Below, piece after piece: positions 12,911-25,702 of a stretch of 64,000 nucleotides of DNA. How positions within the stretch are numbered: the stretch's first letter is position 1; every line of letters starts with the position of its first letter. The notes under the pieces were generated by a model. That model had not been told where the DNA came from and did not search any database. It saw nothing but the letters and a program-made list of their open reading frames with translations. Origin of the DNA: Malacoraja senta (Eukaryota); assembly GCA_038087875.1 (NCBI GenBank), contig CM075986.1, positions 13,640,001 through 13,704,000 on the forward strand. The letters are read 5' to 3'. The translations under genes and the position numbers were made by a program.

Positions 12911-15900
12911 CTAGATTGTGCAGCTGAAAATTTATTAGAATTAAAGCATATTTATATTAGAATAAAGTATATAGTTCTTACTTTGCTCCTTTTTCCTTTA
13001 TGCACAATATACATTTTACACAATTTAAAGTTTTTTTTTTGGATGATTTGTTGTTTCCAGAGGTATGGAAATCCAGCATTTAATTGCTATGGGAAGATGA
13101 TTGGGAAATGCCACCTTGAACTGTTTCAGCTCTGGTGGCGATGGTAATTCCCTAGTAATATTAGGGAGGATGTAACCAAGAAGGAATGGTTATGAACTTC
13201 CAATTATGGTGTGTGGTAAGCAGGGATACTGGCAGACATTAGGTTCCCTTGTGTTTAGTTTAGTTTAGTTTATTATCACATGTACTAAGGTACAGTGAAA
13301 AGTTTTTCTTGCGTGCTAACCAGCCAGCGGAAAGACAATATATGGTCCCCCTACTCCTGTGTTTCTAGGTGACAGAGACTGGAGTTTGGAAGGTACTGCC
13401 ATGGAACTGTTTGTGAATTGCTGCTGTGCATTTTGTAGCTGGTATGTAATAGCTGTGGTGTGCAAATGGTGGAAGGAGTAAATATACTGAGTGTGAGGTT
13501 TGAGCCCAGTTAAATAGATTGCATTATCCAGGATTGCTGCACTGCTTGTGTATTGCTGCTACAGCTCTCATCCAAGCAACTAGAGACTTTTTCCTCCACG
13601 GTTCCGACTTGTGCTTTGTAAATGCTTTGAAAAGTCAGAAGGTTAATTATTTGTTTCAGGATCTTTCACCTAGTCTTATAGCCACATGAAAGTTAGCTGT
13701 GGTCTAGATAAGTTTCAGATTAGTTGTAGATCATCCCAGAATGATGATTCAACAGCTAAAAGATTGTAATTTTCTGCCACATATTTATTGCTAGCATCCC
13801 ATATTAGCAGCAATGATCCCAGTGTAAAGGTTAGATGGAGATTAAATTCTATCTCAGAAATATAGCCTGACCACAACAATTGAGGTAATCTACACAGTGC
13901 CAGAGTTATAATTTCCTTAAAAAGTGATCAATTTTCATTCCATTAGGTGGGGTCAGTAATTCAGTGAGAATGAGGGACCTATTTGAAATCTTTCTAGAAA
14001 ATTAAACATGCCTGCTCAAACATATATTTGAAGAAACTCCAACAGCTGGCTGGCAGAGAAATGTTAACCCTTCATTCTAGGCTGTATTTAAATCTAGAAT
14101 CTGAAAATAATACAAGTATTGTTATCCATGATATCCCCTTTAACAATTACAAATATTACCTGTTGGCAACTTTAATTAACCTTTAAGGAAGCACATTAAA
14201 ACAAATGATAGCAAGCCAAAGGACTGTGTTGAGGAGCTGTGGTCAAATATTTGATCATTGATTTTAAGAAATGTTGTAAGTAGAGGTGAAAGGTCAATGA
14301 GTTTCATGCTTTATAATGTAGTATTTATCTGTTTAACAGGTCATCACAGAAAGTTGTAAACAAACAAAACGAGAAAGAAAGTGAAAGCCACAACCTTATG
14401 GGAGCATTAACAGACAAATTATGAAACTACTAAGGTGCAATCCTTCATCAAACAGTCGCTCTTTGTGACCACATACAAAAGTAGCAAACAATTCTTTGAT
14501 TAAGTGATGGTGCAGCTGCAAATGGAGGCTTGAATTTACAACGATGCTGACAGCCTTGCTCTTACTTTTATCCAATCTTTTCTATTGTCTGCTGTCAACT
14601 GTTTCCTTGGCTTCCTTGCTATATCTCCCTTCATTTTTCCCCAATCCTCAATTGTTCATTGGTACTTTTTAAGTCACATGTGCCTAGGGAGAATGACATT
14701 CTTTTTTTCTGCATACAATTCAGTAAAATCTTACTATACATGAGCACAATTATAACAAAGTGCAAGAGTAAGAATAGTAGATATGACTAAGGCAGTACAC
14801 AAGAATCACCACTTAAGCTCATAACGTAGTTTACTACAGTCCTAGTCCATCCAGTACATCACAACAAAAAGACTTTTGAGAAAGGCCAGTTTCAGTTGCT
14901 ACCAGGCCTACATGCACTTATTACCCCACAATGCTCCAAAACCCCCTTGATATACACCAGATCCTGAATTAGATGATTTGTGTTGGGAAGAACAGGAAAT
15001 AATATTAACTGTGCTACAATTCATCCATAATACATTATCAGTGGTATAGTGCTGAAATAAACTGACCTGCACAATCAAATTTCTCAGTCACAGGGTGCAA
15101 CGTGATTCTTGTTGTATTCTGTACTGAAAGCTGTTTGTGCTGGATATAGGAGAACTTTACACTAAAGGGTGGATGTGTGGCATTCATGTATTAACATAAA
15201 AATAGAGTGAAGTAGGAGTAGGCCATTTGGCCCCTTACCTGCTCCTGTTCTCAATGAGATCATGGCTAATCATTTAACTGAGTATTACTTCCCTGTCCTA
15301 ACCCCATAACCATTACTTTACTCACTATCCAAAAATCTATCAATCTCTGAATTGAATATACTCAGCAAATGTCCTTCCCCACAACCATCTTGGGTAGATA
15401 ATTTCAAAGACTAACCATCTTCTGGATGAAGAAAGTGTTCGTCTAAGTCCTAATCTCCTTCTTTTGTAACTGGTTTCGGAAACCCCAGCCATGGAAACGC
15501 CATCCCAGCATCCACCCTCTTAAGTCCATAAGAATGTCTTTGTTTCAATGTCATCACCTCTCATTCTTTTAAAGTTGAGACTGCAGACGGGCTCAGTCTG
15601 CTTAAGGTTTCCTCACAGGATAATGTTCCCCACACCCTGCTTGGCTTCTCATGGGCTTGGAACGGAAAGTCCTGAAGAGTGCGTGATTAATTTTCTCATT
15701 GTAGGACAAATCTGCATTGAATCTCCATGTTACTTTCTATACTGCTATTAGCCCCATAAGTCCCAACCACAACAGTGTTTCTGTTTCCCATCCGAGGCTC
15801 TTATAAATCCGCTGACTGAAATTTGAGGCTTTGTGTGGTGTTTTTCTGTGTGGATCTTGGGTAGTAGGTTCTGGACTTAAGAGACAGGAGAAGTCTCACC

Positions 15901-17450
15901 ACTTCATTTTTTTTCTGCCATTCCTAGTTCACCAAATGAGAAACCCTAACGTTCAACAAAATCTCAAAATCTCTTAGTTAGTTACATATCTTAAACCTTG
16001 CAGAAACAACAGTTTCTTTCTACAAATAAAGATCAAGGTGGCACCAGGAATAATTAAAAACATGGAAAAATATGGCATTTTAATCAAGCATAAAACACCA
16101 CCAATTACTGAAAATAGGGGGCAAACGCTTAATACATGACAGTTGAACGAAACCATTTTGAAGAAATGCAAAAGATTGAATGGAAAGAACAGCAAAAAAA
16201 CTAGGATATCACCATGGGACTTGTGGGAAGGAAGGGCAGCCTTGAATGTTCCCCAATTTCTAATGCACAGCAAGCTGCCATCAACAAGCAATAAATGCTT
16301 GCATTGTGTTTTACCTTGCTTTACAGGTAACGAGACAGATCTGGAGGGATATAGGCCAAATGCAGGCAGGTGTGACTAGTGTAGCTGAGACTTGTTGGCT
16401 GGTGTGGACACGTTGGGCCGAAGGGTCGGTTTCTACACCGTATGTCTCTAAAGGGTGTCATTTCTGGCTCAATGGCAGCTCTCCTGCCTCACTAATAGCA
16501 CAAGGGCAGACAAGTTTTAAATATATTGAGTGTTCAGAGGGGTTGTGTTTGGAATATATGCCTTTGACTGGGAGCATCATTCACCAGGAAAATCTATTGT
16601 AATACTATGGATGAGCTTGCTATGAATTTCCATTCATCCAGTGTATATGAGACTGCTGCAAAGGCACTGGGGCTTCATGCTGAGAACACTCAGTCAAAAA
16701 GACTAATGTTGCATGATACAACCAATTTGATCAGAGTAGAAATCCACCATAAAATGCAGATTTAACAACACAAAAATGTTTAAGAAATGATATACAAATT
16801 GCATAAATTGAGATGCATTCCAAAAACTATAAAACTATTTACCAAATGCATATCACATCACATGCTGCATTGTGGGAGTTACAAATTTGTGTTCCAGGTC
16901 TATGCCTCCAGTTTTGCCTTAGGCATTATCATATTTAAAATAAAGGGATCTAAAACGTTATTAAAATAGCTAAAGAAGAAACCTCATCTGAATTCTTTAA
17001 GCATTTGTAATTGGTTTCCCATGGCTTTATCTCAAAACCAACATGTTTATACATCCTACTTAGTGTAGTAATAGATAAAATTACAGTTGTATATGAATCC
17101 AGGTTTTAGACCACCATATTATAATTTTACACAACAAATCGTAATATGAAATCCAGTAATCCACCACAGCATTTTTCATTTCCTAGACTTAGAATAGGTT
17201 CTCAAATGTCCGAGACTTGATACTCAGGAGTAGCTGAATCCAAGCCAGAGCCGGCACATTTAGCCCTATATCACCCTGGCCAAGATCTGACAGGTCCTAA
17301 ATATTCAGCAATTGCAATCACACCTCAGATTTATGAAGCCAAGATGGATCAATTTTACACTTGGCAATATAGCAGGAATGTTGTGGGAAAGAAAGACTTT
17401 TAATTATAAAGTGCCATTCATGTTCTTTGGAAATTTTAAACTGTATTATA

Positions 17451-17724
17451 GAGTTTAGAGATACAGTGTGGAAACAAGAGCCTTTGGCCCACCTAGTCCA
17501 TGCCGACCAAGAATCACCCGTACACTAGTTCTAACCTATACACTAGGGACAATTTACAGAAGCCAATTAACCTAGAAACCTGCACATCTTTGGGATGTGG
17601 GAGGAAATCGGAGTACCTGGAGAAATCCCATGCGGTCACAGGGAGAACATACAAACTCAGTACAGACAGCAGCCTTAGTTCAGGATTGAACCTGGGTCTC
17701 TACCGCTGCACCACTGTGCCGCCC
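17451..17724 (-). mobile_element. V-SINE (HE1-like)
   Basis: Reverse complement of the 57199-57501 element. Confidence 0.75.
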
Positions 17725-18999
17725 AGTTAATTAAAAATGCACGGAAGTATTCTTACTGCTATAACATATGAATGCCCTGCATTCTCTTGTGGCCTGCAAT
17801 GTCATAAAGATGACAATCTGGGTTTTCTTGAGTAATGTGCAGGAAAGAACTGTAGATGCTGGTTTAAATCAAAGGTAGACACAAAATGCTGGAGTAACTC
17901 AGAGGGACAGGCAGCATCTCTGGAGAGAAGGAATGGGTGACGTTTTTGGTCGAGACCCTTCTTCAGACTGAATTTTGCTGAATAAGTGGAGAAATTCTTC
18001 AGAATTCTACCAAGGGATTTTGTTAGTTCATCTAAGAGGACCTGGGTCAAATGTCTCACCCATAGAGAGCTCTTCTGCAGTTCTCTACGATTAGTTGTGC
18101 CCGGGTGGGCTTTTAACCCACGACCTGAATCAACGGAGGGAAGGTTATCAGCAGCTTTTACAGCAACTCAATAAACAGGAACATATTTATCACTTGTTGA
18201 TCTGTCTGCAAGAAGTCACCAGTTCATCCCGTGCTCTCTGCGTATCAATTTAATCAAAAATGGCCTTAGGCGGCTGAAAATGCAGGAGATATGCAATGTG
18301 CAGAGGCAGATGGAAAGCGAGATGTCATCAAGCAGAATGTTCCTACAACTGACACATATTTTGGTAGGGAGCCAAGCAATGAAAGAAATGTGGTGATAAT
18401 TAGTAAACTCAACTGGGGTAGTCAGGCATGTGGAAACCAACATACTTTTAACAATATAACTGAAAAGGGCCTGCTGATATGATATTTCAGCTCATTATTA
18501 CCTTAGAGATTATTTTCCTTTTGTGCAGATAGCTCACCAATTTTGGTGATAAAAGTCCTGATATAGGTCCCCACCCAAAGCCTTTCACTTGCACATTCTG
18601 GCAAAGGTATGGACATTATTTCAGCACCCTAAAGCTCCTTGTGTTTTGTTTTGTTTGGAAAGCTATCTGCAAAGAGAATCCTACACTGATTTTCAATTTA
18701 CTCTCTCCTCAGTGTTTCCAAAAATTCCTTCAACAGTTTTGTTCGAACTTATATTGTAAGCCAGTGAAGCCTTATACTTTACAACACCACATATATTTTA
18801 TATGGCTTTATTGGATAAATCTATGCAGATTTGCAGTATTTCATCCAAGTAACCTTATACTGTGATTGTGTTGATGTGCAGGTTAGTTTACTCATTCTTA
18901 ACATGGCTAGTGTAACTGTTTGGAACATATCAATATTGAGGAAGTTTTGATTCTGCTTAAAACAAACAAATGTGGGCATACATAGAAACTTCACAGAAT

Positions 19000-19330
19000 T
19001 CCAACATTAATGATTTGATTATGAAGTGAAGTCACTCAATATCAGAAATGGGCAGATAGTTTGCACATGGAAATGTCCCACATAAAACGATGCAATAATA
19101 ACCAGATTATGTGTGTCAGTGAATGACACAAAATGCTGGAGTAACTCAGTGGGTCAGGCAGCATTCCCGGAGAAAATGCATAGATGACATTTTGGGTCGG
19201 GACCTTTCTTCAGACTGAAGGGCACCCTCCTCTTCTTCAGAAACATATCTGGATCCTCTAGTCATCCAAATCTTACTTAAAATACAACATTTCTAATATT
19301 GGATATCTCACTCGATAATATTTGGGAATA
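19000..19330 (-). mobile_element. Probable degenerate Deu-domain SINE interrupted by a PLE repeat; related piece 5545-5660
   Basis: Resemblance by recall to the Deu core (gccaacatttatcct, tgtgggacatttccatgtgcaaact); heavily diverged. Confidence 0.35.
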
Positions 19331-21547
19331 ATGGATTTATTGATATACAAGTCTCTGAAAGGTAACCATGATGCTTTCATATATTAACTCAATGATAACA
19401 ATGCCATTATTGGTAGGTAGTTGATAGCATGACTAGTACATACTGAATTAGTTAAAAATGCCAATTTATTAAAATATAAATAATTGCCATTTTTTACATT
19501 ATGGAATTGTTGTTTTCAATCCAATTAATTCAGGTGATACAGCACTAAATGCCAGTTTTTGGCTGTTCATCTAGAACTACCAAAGCTACACTATATTTTA
19601 TATATCGATGTACTATGGTCGCTTTCTTTAGGTAAATTGTGCAAATATAAATAGTTTACATTACATTCTTATATATCTCAATGAATTATCCTTTGCAAAT
19701 CTACCAAACATCATCCCGAATGAAATTTGGGAGACACTAACATCGAAACGACTAACAGAATGATGCGTTAATCGCCTTACTAGCCTCACTAATTGCTCTG
19801 CTTATTGTGGATTCATGCAATTGCAGGGTGGCAGAAGCAAAGTGTGTCACTGCCTTCTTTCAATGAATGCAATATTATGAGAGTTTGACTTGATTTTTTT
19901 TAATTGCTTCCAATATTACACATGCTAATACAGAGGCATTCAGAACCACGTGGACAGATTGAGAAGGATGGCATCGATGGCTGTATTGGGGAACTGAATA
20001 AATAGATAATGGAGAATGAAACAAAGGGTTATGTTGGTACAATGAGAAAAAGAAAAGCAGGAGGTAGTTTGTATGGAATAAGATCTATGTAATTTTATTG
20101 AAATAGATACTGTATCTGTTGAAAAACGAATTGGTGTAGCTTTAAAGCCAGAGACTGCAATAGAGGCAACAGAAAACATGGCCAACATTACGTGTCTGAA
20201 ACCCTGTTACCATATTACAATGCATCATACCATAAACAGTCATCATATACTATGTTTACAATAAATTTGAAAGAATTTGTTATCAATCCAAACTTTGACT
20301 CACCAAACCCTAACTGGTATTATAGATACATAAAAGTACCAGATGTGACTCAAACATAAAGCATCCAAATACACATGATATGAAAAGTTGTACAGCATGC
20401 AAAACTGCCACCAATATACATTGCTTTATATAATCCTATAAAACCTTAAGAACCAATACCTACATGTGAATATTTTTCACATATTTGCAATATCTATCAT
20501 GCAGTTTGTTGAAGTGGAAGTGTTTTTCCAACACTACCTCATCCTCTTCCAGAATCCCAAAATGAGTCACCTGACCATCCCAGTATTTCACTTCCGACTG
20601 CTGTTTATAGTTTGAGTGTCGGGAAACAACAACATTTCTATTTGATTTACCTTGTAGTTTTTGCAACTATGATAATAATCCGCATTATGGAAATTGTTCC
20701 TTTGCAAAGGTTTCTTCAATTTTAAAAATACACTAAACAAATCTCCAAGCTTCAAACTTTAACATTTTATTGTTACCATTGGTGACCATTAAAATAAATG
20801 ATGGAATTGTCTTCTTTACAGATAACCTTGATTTAAACAATTACATTAATTTTTAAAAACTCAATTTCATTAGTCTTTAATTGCTAACTCAAAATTGAAC
20901 AACCTACTCTATTTTATGAAACTAAATTTGATGTTTAAAAATAAATCAAAAGACATCTATTTCCATTTAAATCTCAGTTATTGTCTATCTTAAGTGCTTT
21001 TCCAAGTATAAATAAGAATATCCTTGGGTGCAGTAGGGTGAATTTAATGTTAAAAAAAACCCAAATGGGTTTCCACTCCTCTTTACTTGAATCCGTGCAT
21101 TGACAAAAAGTAAATGGACTAGAATGTGGTAGCATTATTAAATTGAATTATTCTTATCCCTTCTCAATTATAATCGTGGCACCAAGTCTAAAGTCAATCT
21201 TAGACTTGTATGTGGGGGTGATTTCTGTTTATGTTGCCACAAACAAAATTATGATTCAGCCAACCATATAACAAGGCCAAATTCAAGAACAATTTACCAG
21301 TATATGTCCCAATGAAAACTCAGCTTGACACATTAGTTTTGTTTCTCGTTCGTTTAAGTACTCGAGTATTGAGCATGGTGCTTAAGGTGAAATGGAAAAT
21401 ATTTAAAATGGATCTGAGTGGCAATGTTTTCATACAGAGGGTAGTGCATAATATGGAACGAGTGCTAGAGATTGTGGTACATGATATATGGCTTGAAAAG
21501 GTTCGGAGGCATATGAAGCAGCTACAGGGACTATCTTGGTCAGGCAA

Positions 21548-22050
21548 AATGTAATAACAAGGAACTGCAGATGTTGGTGTACCAAAGAAAGATACAAAAT
21601 GCTTGAATAACTCAGAGGGTCAAGCATCATCTCTGAAGGACATGGATAGATGTTTGGACCTTTCTTCAAATTAATTGCGTGGGGAGTGGGAAAGAAAGCT
21701 GGCAGAGAGGAGGGGCTGACAAGCATGGACAGTAATAGGCGAACACAGGTGATGGGGGTGGTTGATTGGCAGAATGTTGGACAAAGGCCAAGAATTTTTT
21801 TTTAAAACAGGTGAGAGCCAAAAGGATAAAAAATTGCAAATTGTGAAGCCAGAGGATAGAAAAGTTGCAAATTGGGTAGCTGGAGGAAGGAATGTTGGTA
21901 GAGGGGGAGAGGGAGGGGAGAAACTAGTGCAAGGTCAGCCAGGGTTCAGGGAAAGAGGGGGGAGTTTGTAGAAGTTAACTAAAATTGGAGAATTCAATGT
22001 TCATACCATTGGGTTGTAAGCTGCATCAACTGAACCTAAAAAATTACCTA
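21548..22050 (-). mobile_element. Penelope-like 3' fragment of a second subfamily, with a perfect 15-bp TSD, inside a CR1 tail
   Basis: Minus strand near 22024-21975 encodes SLQPNGMNIEFSNF; ends in the terminal repeat; ATCTTGGTCAGGCAA at 21533-21547 and 22051-22065. Confidence 0.75.
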
Positions 22051-22894
22051 ATCTTGGTCAGGCAACTATGGTCGGCATGGACAAGTTAGGGCATAGGACC
22101 AGTTTCTAAGCTATAATGGCTCCAGGACTCCTGTCTAGTATTTTATTCCTAATTTCCAGCATCACAATGTTTTTCTTCAGTACTTGCATTTCTGTCATGT
22201 TCAATGAAGGAGCATATGGAAAAGCACCTCACAAAAGTGTAAGCAGCCAAAAATTAACATCAATGCCAAGAAACTAATGTGTAGAAAAGAACGGCAGATG
22301 CTGGTTTACACTGCAGATAGACTCAAAATTAACTTAGAGGGTCAGGCAGCATCTCTTGAAAAAAGGAGTAGGTGACGTTGCAGGTGTAACTAGAAAGGTG
22401 TAACTAGTGACTTGCAGGAGGAAGGAATGCATGAAGAGGTGGATTTTCAGAGTTTAGAACCTAGATGGTGAAGAAATATTTACCAATAATGGATGGAGGG
22501 AATAGAAGTTATGCAAGAATTACAATTTGGTTAAAATCAAAGATTTTGCGGTTTGTTGGGCTGGGGGAGTTTGCGGATTAGAGAAGGGAAATGAAATGAT
22601 TTGAACAGAATTGAAAATATATTAAATTAGAAGATTTGAAGAGCAAGCTTAATCCTTAAACAAAGTTATTATCCAAGTACATTTGAACCCTAAAACGATG
22701 CTACAATATTCTATGGACCAATTGTGATTATTGGACCATTGCAGATTAAGTGCTCAGTCTGTGGAACAAGTTCCCTATGTGGTCAGTGTGTTTTATGCCG
22801 ATCATTTAAATACAAATTAGATAGCTTTCCCTTTGAAAGTAATATTTTTGATACAGTGAATGAATAATCTGAGATATAACATATGGTAAAAGCA

Positions 22895-23116
22895 GGTAGA
22901 CACAAAATACTGGAGTAACTCAGTGGGACAGGCATCATCTCTGGAGAGAAGGAAAGGGTGACATTTTGGGTCGAGACCCTTTTTTAGACTGAAGAAGGGT
23001 CTCGACCCAAAACATCACCCGTTCCTTCTCTCCAGAGATGCTGCCTGTCCCGCTGAGTTACTCCAGCATTTTGTGTCTACCTTCGATTTAAACCAGCATC
23101 TGCAGTTCTTTCTTAC
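22895..23116. mobile_element. Inverted pair of PLE terminal repeats (hairpin element)
   Basis: About 92-bp arms in inverted orientation centred near 22988; ~35-nt tail on the right arm only; TSD ACATATGGTAAA(A/T)GCA at 22879-22894 and 23117-23132. Confidence 0.9.
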
Positions 23117-23655
23117 ACATATGGTAAATGCAACTTGGTTGTGAGGAGCAGGTGACTATTGACATATAACTTCCAAAAGGTTTTCCCTCACCTCAAGGCC
23201 GGGTCTATTGTAAACTAGTAGATAGAGATTAATTGCTAAGATTAGTCAACAGTGCCCTTTATTGTGGATTTGTGCAATGCAGGGTGGCAGATGGTCAACT
23301 AGATACACAGTTGACTTGCTTATCACTGATTCCACTGCTAGTACCCAAGTATATATGGTGATATTTTTTGCTGACCTCTCAAAATGAAATTCTTACCATT
23401 GTAGCATTAAACACGTTAGTGAAACGAAATTAGCACCATCCTACAATGAATTTAGCTACTGTCACAAAGATTCAATGGAACATAAAACGATTTGAGGAAT
23501 TTGGTACGTGTCCCTTTGAAGATTTCATTGTGGTGTGTTTGGTAACAGACACACAGTAAATCTGTGTTATTGTGTAATTCTGATGCCAGTTTTGATTTTA
23601 TTTCATTACCGTACAATCACAAAAATACCATGCCAGAGGTTGCTGGAATGAGGTT

Positions 23656-24003
23656 GCTGCATCTCATATTTTGCTTGGGAAGCTTACAACCCAGTGGTAC
23701 AAATATTGATTTCTCTAACTTCAAGTAACCCGTGCGTTCCCTCTCTCTCCATCCCTCCCCCACCCAAGTCTCACCAGCTCTCATTCTCACCTAGAAAACA
23801 GCTAACAATGACCTGTTTCCTATATCATTGTTGATTTTTGCATATGTTTCATTCATTTGTTATATATCTCTCTATATCGTCTATATCTTGTTTCCTTTTC
23901 CCCTGACTCTCAGTCTGAAGAAGTCTCGACTCGAAATGACACCCATTCCTTCTCTCCAGAGATGCTGCCTGTCCTGCTGAGTTACACCAGCATTTTGTGT
24001 CTA
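23656..24003 (+). mobile_element. Penelope-like 3' fragment (GIY-YIG tail plus terminal repeat) with TSD
   Basis: Encodes HLIFCLGSLQPSGTNIDFSNFK*; collinear with the 43128 copy; flanked by TTGCTGGAATGAG (23640-23652) and TTGCTGGAACGAG (24004-24016). Confidence 0.85.
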
Positions 24004-25460
24004 TTGCTGGAACGAGTTTCCCCTCGCCTTTAGGTTAATTGATATTGCACTGCAAGATGGTCACATTTGAGCTAACAAAGGCACACTGAAGAGAACAAAA
24101 TAACGGGGAACTTAATGAATTTGGCAAACTACTGTCTGCCACCAGTTAACCAGTGGGCTTCTTAGAATGAAGGAGGGAGAGGGAGACAAATGATCAAGAA
24201 GGAAACATGGTACATTAAGAGTACAATTGGCCAAATAAGATGTAAAGAGAGGGGAAGGTTAAATTAAAAGAGAACCAAGGAATTTAGGATAAGTATTTTT
24301 TTATATTTATAGAAACAGACAAGAACACCTGTTTTGGGGTTGTCAGTAGGTGTAAAACTATATTCTGCACTTCCAGTTGTAGGAATGGTGGGATTGCACT
24401 CATGCATGGTATGAAGTGTACCGAGATAAAGCGTCTTACTTTATCTCAGTACACGTGACAATGATAAGTCAATACCATTACTTGCAGGAGAAGAACTCAG
24501 TCGTTTTACTTGTTCACTTAATGGGTCTCTGAAGGTAAGTGGCAAATGCAGCCGCAGCACAATCTCAATAGTATCATCACGACGTGGTTAGAAACGTCCC
24601 AACTTCCTGAAGATTTAGCTATATGCCTCACGAACACAGCAACAACCCCCCACCCCCCACACACACGCATTTTTTTTTTACACATACCGTGAAGCTGATC
24701 CTGGATTTGAAGAGCACAAACCCTCCAACAATTTGTGGGAATTCACGACTCATCAGGGACCCCTTCCTCATCCCCATCCCAGACAGAAAAGATTCTTAAA
24801 CTTGTATTTCCCTGGTAAATTCGGGGCTGTTGATACAGCAGCAAGAGGCCGATGGAGGCTTTAAATTTGGAAATGAGGAAAACGTGGCACGGAGTTTTGC
24901 ACTAAACGACGTTGACGCTGACTAACAAATTCCAATTCACCACCAATTCTCCATTTCAATGCAACAACGCATAAAAACAATCTGTTCTAATCTCCAATGT
25001 GACCATTGGTTTGTCCATTGAAATTAATAACAAGAAATCGATATGAAGTTCCTCCATTCCAGATTAGTCATCCTCAAAATCCTGAGAATTCTAGTTTAGC
25101 ATTGACTGACCTATAATTTCATTTGCAGTAAGGAACTCTACACTATAGAGTGATTGGATAGAAAACGGGTTAACGTTCCCGATGACACTTGCTATTTCAA
25201 ATGCATGTATTTGGATTGGTTATACAAACTATTACATTTGTTTTAGGAGGGTAGAGTTATTCTAACCATAAGTTTACTCCGCCCATTTGGTTAATTTTAC
25301 TTGGGGTTACTCAGTAAAAGATTGTGTGATTTCATAGTGTAAGCATTTCTCCAAATAGTCTTTCTTTTTCGATTTTCACTCCCTCCGCCCCTCCCCTGAA
25401 TGGAAGGTGTGTTAGTGTTCCGCCATTCTGATCTTGCCTGGGAGTGTCAGCTTGAAATAC

Positions 25461-25702
25461 CTTTATCCAGAACTGGCCCGAAGATGGCCAGGTTGTCATT
25501 GACAGTGGTACAGTTCCACCTCCTGCCCCGGAACTGATGTTGGCACTCCTGGATTCCGATCTTGACTCCCTCGGCCACACTGGGCATGATCTCGATGTAG
25601 TTCCTGCAGAAGCGGAGTTGCTTTGGGACTAGACCCGGGATACTACCGCAGAGGATGGGTTGGGAACCGAGAGACGAGTACTGATGCCCCAGAGCCAGAG
25701 AC
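25461..25702 (-). CDS. wnt3: Wnt3 coding exon 2 (SLALGHQYSSLGSQPILCGSIPGLVPKQLRFCRNYIEIMPSVAEGVKIGIQECQHQFRGRRWNCTTVNDNLAIFGPVLDK)
   Basis: Acceptor ttgtccag|G completes the Trp codon; 242 nt; donor AAAG|gtattt; conserved Wnt cysteines and the WNC motif with an NCT glycosylation sequon. Confidence 0.97.

Noticed and set aside
22895-23116. MITE or DNA-transposon (or pre-miRNA) reading of the palindromes
   Set aside because: Arms are asymmetric, TSDs are long and variable, solo arms are common, and the repeat is physically joined to GIY-YIG coding remnants.
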